From an archaeon (lineage in GTDB: Archaea; Nanobdellota; Nanobdellia; Pacearchaeales; GW2011-AR1), in the NCBI GenBank assembly GCA_043810775.1, contig JBDRNU010000014.1, positions 1 through 17,973 of the forward strand: a DNA stretch of 17,973 nt. Direction: 5' to 3'. A program made the translations under genes and the position numbers. The notes below the pieces were generated by a model. The model was not told where the DNA came from, did not search any database, and saw only the letters and a program-made list of their open reading frames with translations. Each line of letters starts with the position of its first letter. The first letter of the stretch is position 1. This document shows, piece by piece, positions 15,640-17,973 of the stretch.

Positions 15640-15718
15640 AAGATGATAGATTTTAACTTTTTCTATTGTAAACTAGTTGCATCGAAGCCTTTAAAAATAG
15701 CTGAAAATTAATAATGAA

Positions 15719-16849
15719 ATGAAGAGGATTTTAGTTTTTCTATTTGCACTTTTAGTTTTAGCTAGCTTAGTTTCCAGCCAGTCAACAGTTGAATCTTGCT
15801 ATGGAGATATTAAGTGCGCTAATGAGAATTATTGCATATATTATTTTTATGGAGATGACTGCAGTCATTGTGCCAAGATTAAGCCAGTAATTGATGACTT
15901 GGAAAAAAGATATACTAATTTTACATTTCACAGGCTAGAAGTTTGGAATAATGACACTAATGCTGAGATGTTCAAGGACTTTGCGTCAAGATATGAGATA
16001 AAAAGGACAGGAGTTCCAGCAATTTTTGTAGGAGACCAGGCATATATAGGAGACAGCACTATTAAAAATAATCTTGAACAGGCATTAGAGCACTTTTTAA
16101 TTGAAGAGCCTGTCTGCCCTTTAGATTATAATGGCAAAGAGCCAGGATTGCATGATATTTCCCCAACTAGAAATATAAACCTGACTATTCCTGCAGTTAT
16201 TGTTGCTGGTTTTATAGACTCGCTAAATCCGTGTGCTTTTGCTGTTTTAGCTTTTTTGCTAATATACTTGTCAGGCATGACAAGCAAGAGAAGAATGCTA
16301 AAAGTTGGGCTGACTTATATTTTTACAGTATTCATAGTATATTTTTTATCTGGATTAGGTTTATTTGTAGCTATCCAGAGCTTAGGAATAAGCAGGATTT
16401 TTTTCTATATAGCTGCGTGGCTTGTTATTATTGCAGGAGTAATTAATGTCAAGGATTTTTTCTGGTACGGCAAGGGTTTTTCGCTAGCTATACCTCGAAG
16501 CAAGATGCCTTTAATTAAAAAGCATATTGAAGCAAGTAGCATAGCCTCAGCTATTATTCTTGGAATACTAGTCAGCTTATTTGAGCTTCCTTGCACAGGA
16601 GGAGTTTATATTGCTATTCTTTCGCTACTTGCTAGCAACTTAACCCAGATAAATGCTATTCCCTGGTTATTATTATATAATTTTATATTTGTTCTGCCCT
16701 TATTTATAATTTTATTCTTGGTTTATTTTGGAATGTCAGCAGAAAAAGCAGACAAAATCAGAGTAGAAAGAAGAAAGTGGCTTAGATTAGTAATGGGAGC
16801 TGGAATGATTGCACTAGGATGGGCAATGTTGGCTGGTTTGTTTGGGTAG
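15719..16849 (+). CDS. Exported thioredoxin/glutaredoxin domain fused to a CcdA/DsbD-type transmembrane domain
   Basis: Signal peptide, CSHC active site and GVP cis-Pro loop, then six TM segments with DSLNPC and ELPCTGG cysteines. Confidence 0.88.
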   Translation: MKRILVFLFALLVLASLVSSQSTVESCYGDIKCANENYCIYYFYGDDCSHCAKIKPVIDDLEKRYTNFTFHRLEVWNNDTNAEMFKDFASRYEIKRTGVPAIFVGDQAYIGDSTIKNNLEQALEHFLIEEPVCPLDYNGKEPGLHDISPTRNINLTIPAVIVAGFIDSLNPCAFAVLAFLLIYLSGMTSKRRMLKVGLTYIFTVFIVYFLSGLGLFVAIQSLGISRIFFYIAAWLVIIAGVINVKDFFWYGKGFSLAIPRSKMPLIKKHIEASSIASAIILGILVSLFELPCTGGVYIAILSLLASNLTQINAIPWLLLYNFIFVLPLFIILFLVYFGMSAEKADKIRVERRKWLRLVMGAGMIALGWAMLAGLFG

Positions 16850-16858
16850 AATTAGGTT

Positions 16859-17128
16859 TTAAAGATTTTTTAATTTGTCTTCAAATTTTTTATGATATTC
16901 TCTGTATTTATCTATTAATGATTTGACAGATTCATAATCCCTACTCACTTCCAGCATTTCTGGATTATTGGGGAACAATTTAATGAGCTTTTCTAATTCA
17001 TGCTGATTGCTTGATTCACCTTTAGCTCTATCTAAATCTTCCCAGTTTTCTAAAGCACTTAAAAGATAAGACCTAGCATCATCAACTGCTTCATCTTCAC
17101 TTCCAAAATAACTTACTTTTTCTCCCAT
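16859..17128 (-). CDS. Hypothetical protein
   Basis: 89-aa charged helical ORF with TTTAAATA ~25 nt upstream. Confidence 0.6.
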   Translation of the reverse strand: MGEKVSYFGSEDEAVDDARSYLLSALENWEDLDRAKGESSNQHELEKLIKLFPNNPEMLEVSRDYESVKSLIDKYREYHKKFEDKLKNL

Positions 17129-17239
17129 GCTTTAGATTTGTTTGAGGTATATTTAAATTTTACTGCAATCAAAAATATATTCCCATATAAAATTATTTGG
17201 GTAGAAAGTTTTTTAAGTTTAGCTAAGATGGTGATTTGT

Positions 17240-17659
17240 ATGACTGAATGCCTAAAATTTAATATTGAGGACCATACTGAGAATACAATAAATCATATTA
17301 GTGACTATATACATGAAATTAAACAAGCTTGGTGTTATGTCTGCGGTCCGAGAGACAAGCCTATTAGAATCAGATATTTTCATGAGAGGTTTGGAATAGC
17401 TAATCTTGATGAATTTGAAATTACCTCTGGCAAACCACTAGATTCCTGGGTTTACAAGCAAGTAATTTTTTTAACATATAATCTAGCTGACAGGCTAAAT
17501 TCAGCATTGAGCCAACCAAATCCAGATAAAGAAGCTATAAGAGAGTTAGTTTGGGATGGCTTAAAGCTTCTAGAAAGGCAACGCCCGTTTCCATATAGCA
17601 GGTGGGCAGGTTGGTTTGAGACTATAGAAAAATTAAAAGCAGGCAAGGAAATCTTTTAA
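17240..17659 (+). CDS. Hypothetical protein (start moved from 17138 to ATG 17240)
   Basis: GGTGA SD-like motif and a TATA-like element precede ATG 17240. 139 aa, no recognised family. Confidence 0.6.
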   Translation: MTECLKFNIEDHTENTINHISDYIHEIKQAWCYVCGPRDKPIRIRYFHERFGIANLDEFEITSGKPLDSWVYKQVIFLTYNLADRLNSALSQPNPDKEAIRELVWDGLKLLERQRPFPYSRWAGWFETIEKLKAGKEIF

Positions 17660-17672
17660 GAATTAAGCTAAA

Positions 17673-17973
17673 TTAAGCTTCAACTTTATCAGCTAGTTCA
17701 TCTTTCTTTTCTCTTAATAGCTCTATTATTTCTTTATCCTTAGCAGCATTTCTGACTATATGTTCTATAGCTAATTGAGCCATTATTTCTTTTATTGCGG
17801 AATCTATTCCATTTAATTTTTCTGGATTTATGCTTTCAGCTGCTCTTTGTTCTGCTATAATTTTCAGTTCTTCTGGAATTGAAATTATTTTATCTATAAT
17901 TCCGTAATTAACAGCTTGCTCTGAAGTCATATACACATCACTCTTAAAATCTTCCAGTATTTTATTCACGCTT
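17673..17973 (-). CDS. clpP: C-terminal part of a ClpP-family protease (5' end outside the window) with a C-terminal extension
   Basis: The frame is open to the window edge. SVNKILEDFKSDVYMTSEQAVNYGIIDKII matches the ClpP D.(F/Y)M(S/T)..EA..YGLID motif. Confidence 0.72.
   Translation of the reverse strand, partial: SVNKILEDFKSDVYMTSEQAVNYGIIDKIISIPEELKIIAEQRAAESINPEKLNGIDSAIKEIMAQLAIEHIVRNAAKDKEIIELLREKKDELADKVEA

Noticed and set aside
14224-17646. ORFs 14224-14442, 16231-16446, 16405-16596 and 17452-17646
   Set aside because: Alternative-frame or antisense ORFs inside better-supported genes.

Overview
AT-rich archaeal chromosome segment. Archaeal-type aIF2-gamma, S6e, aIF5B, a Dph2 fragment and TATA boxes about 25 nt before start codons are visible. 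A DPANN-type genome (Pacearchaeota/Woesearchaeota-like) is an inference. The conserved infB-rps6e-eif2g gene string is interrupted by a dapL-lysA pair and an 866-aa protein. That protein looks like a family-B DNA polymerase with an intact 3'-5' exonuclease, a ~90-aa basic insertion, degenerate polymerase motifs and no room for a thumb domain. The right half is accessory: three diverged tandem paralogs (two share an exact 23-bp 3' end), a small Cys-rich protein, a one-domain Dph2, a DUF5320-DUF134 operon with twin palindromic operators and a hairpin between its SD and ATG, a HEAT-like protein, a DUF6915-like protein, a thioredoxin-CcdA fusion, and the 3' end of a ClpP-like gene. No tRNA, rRNA, CRISPR array or transposase was seen. 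All family calls are from motif recognition by eye, not from database searches.
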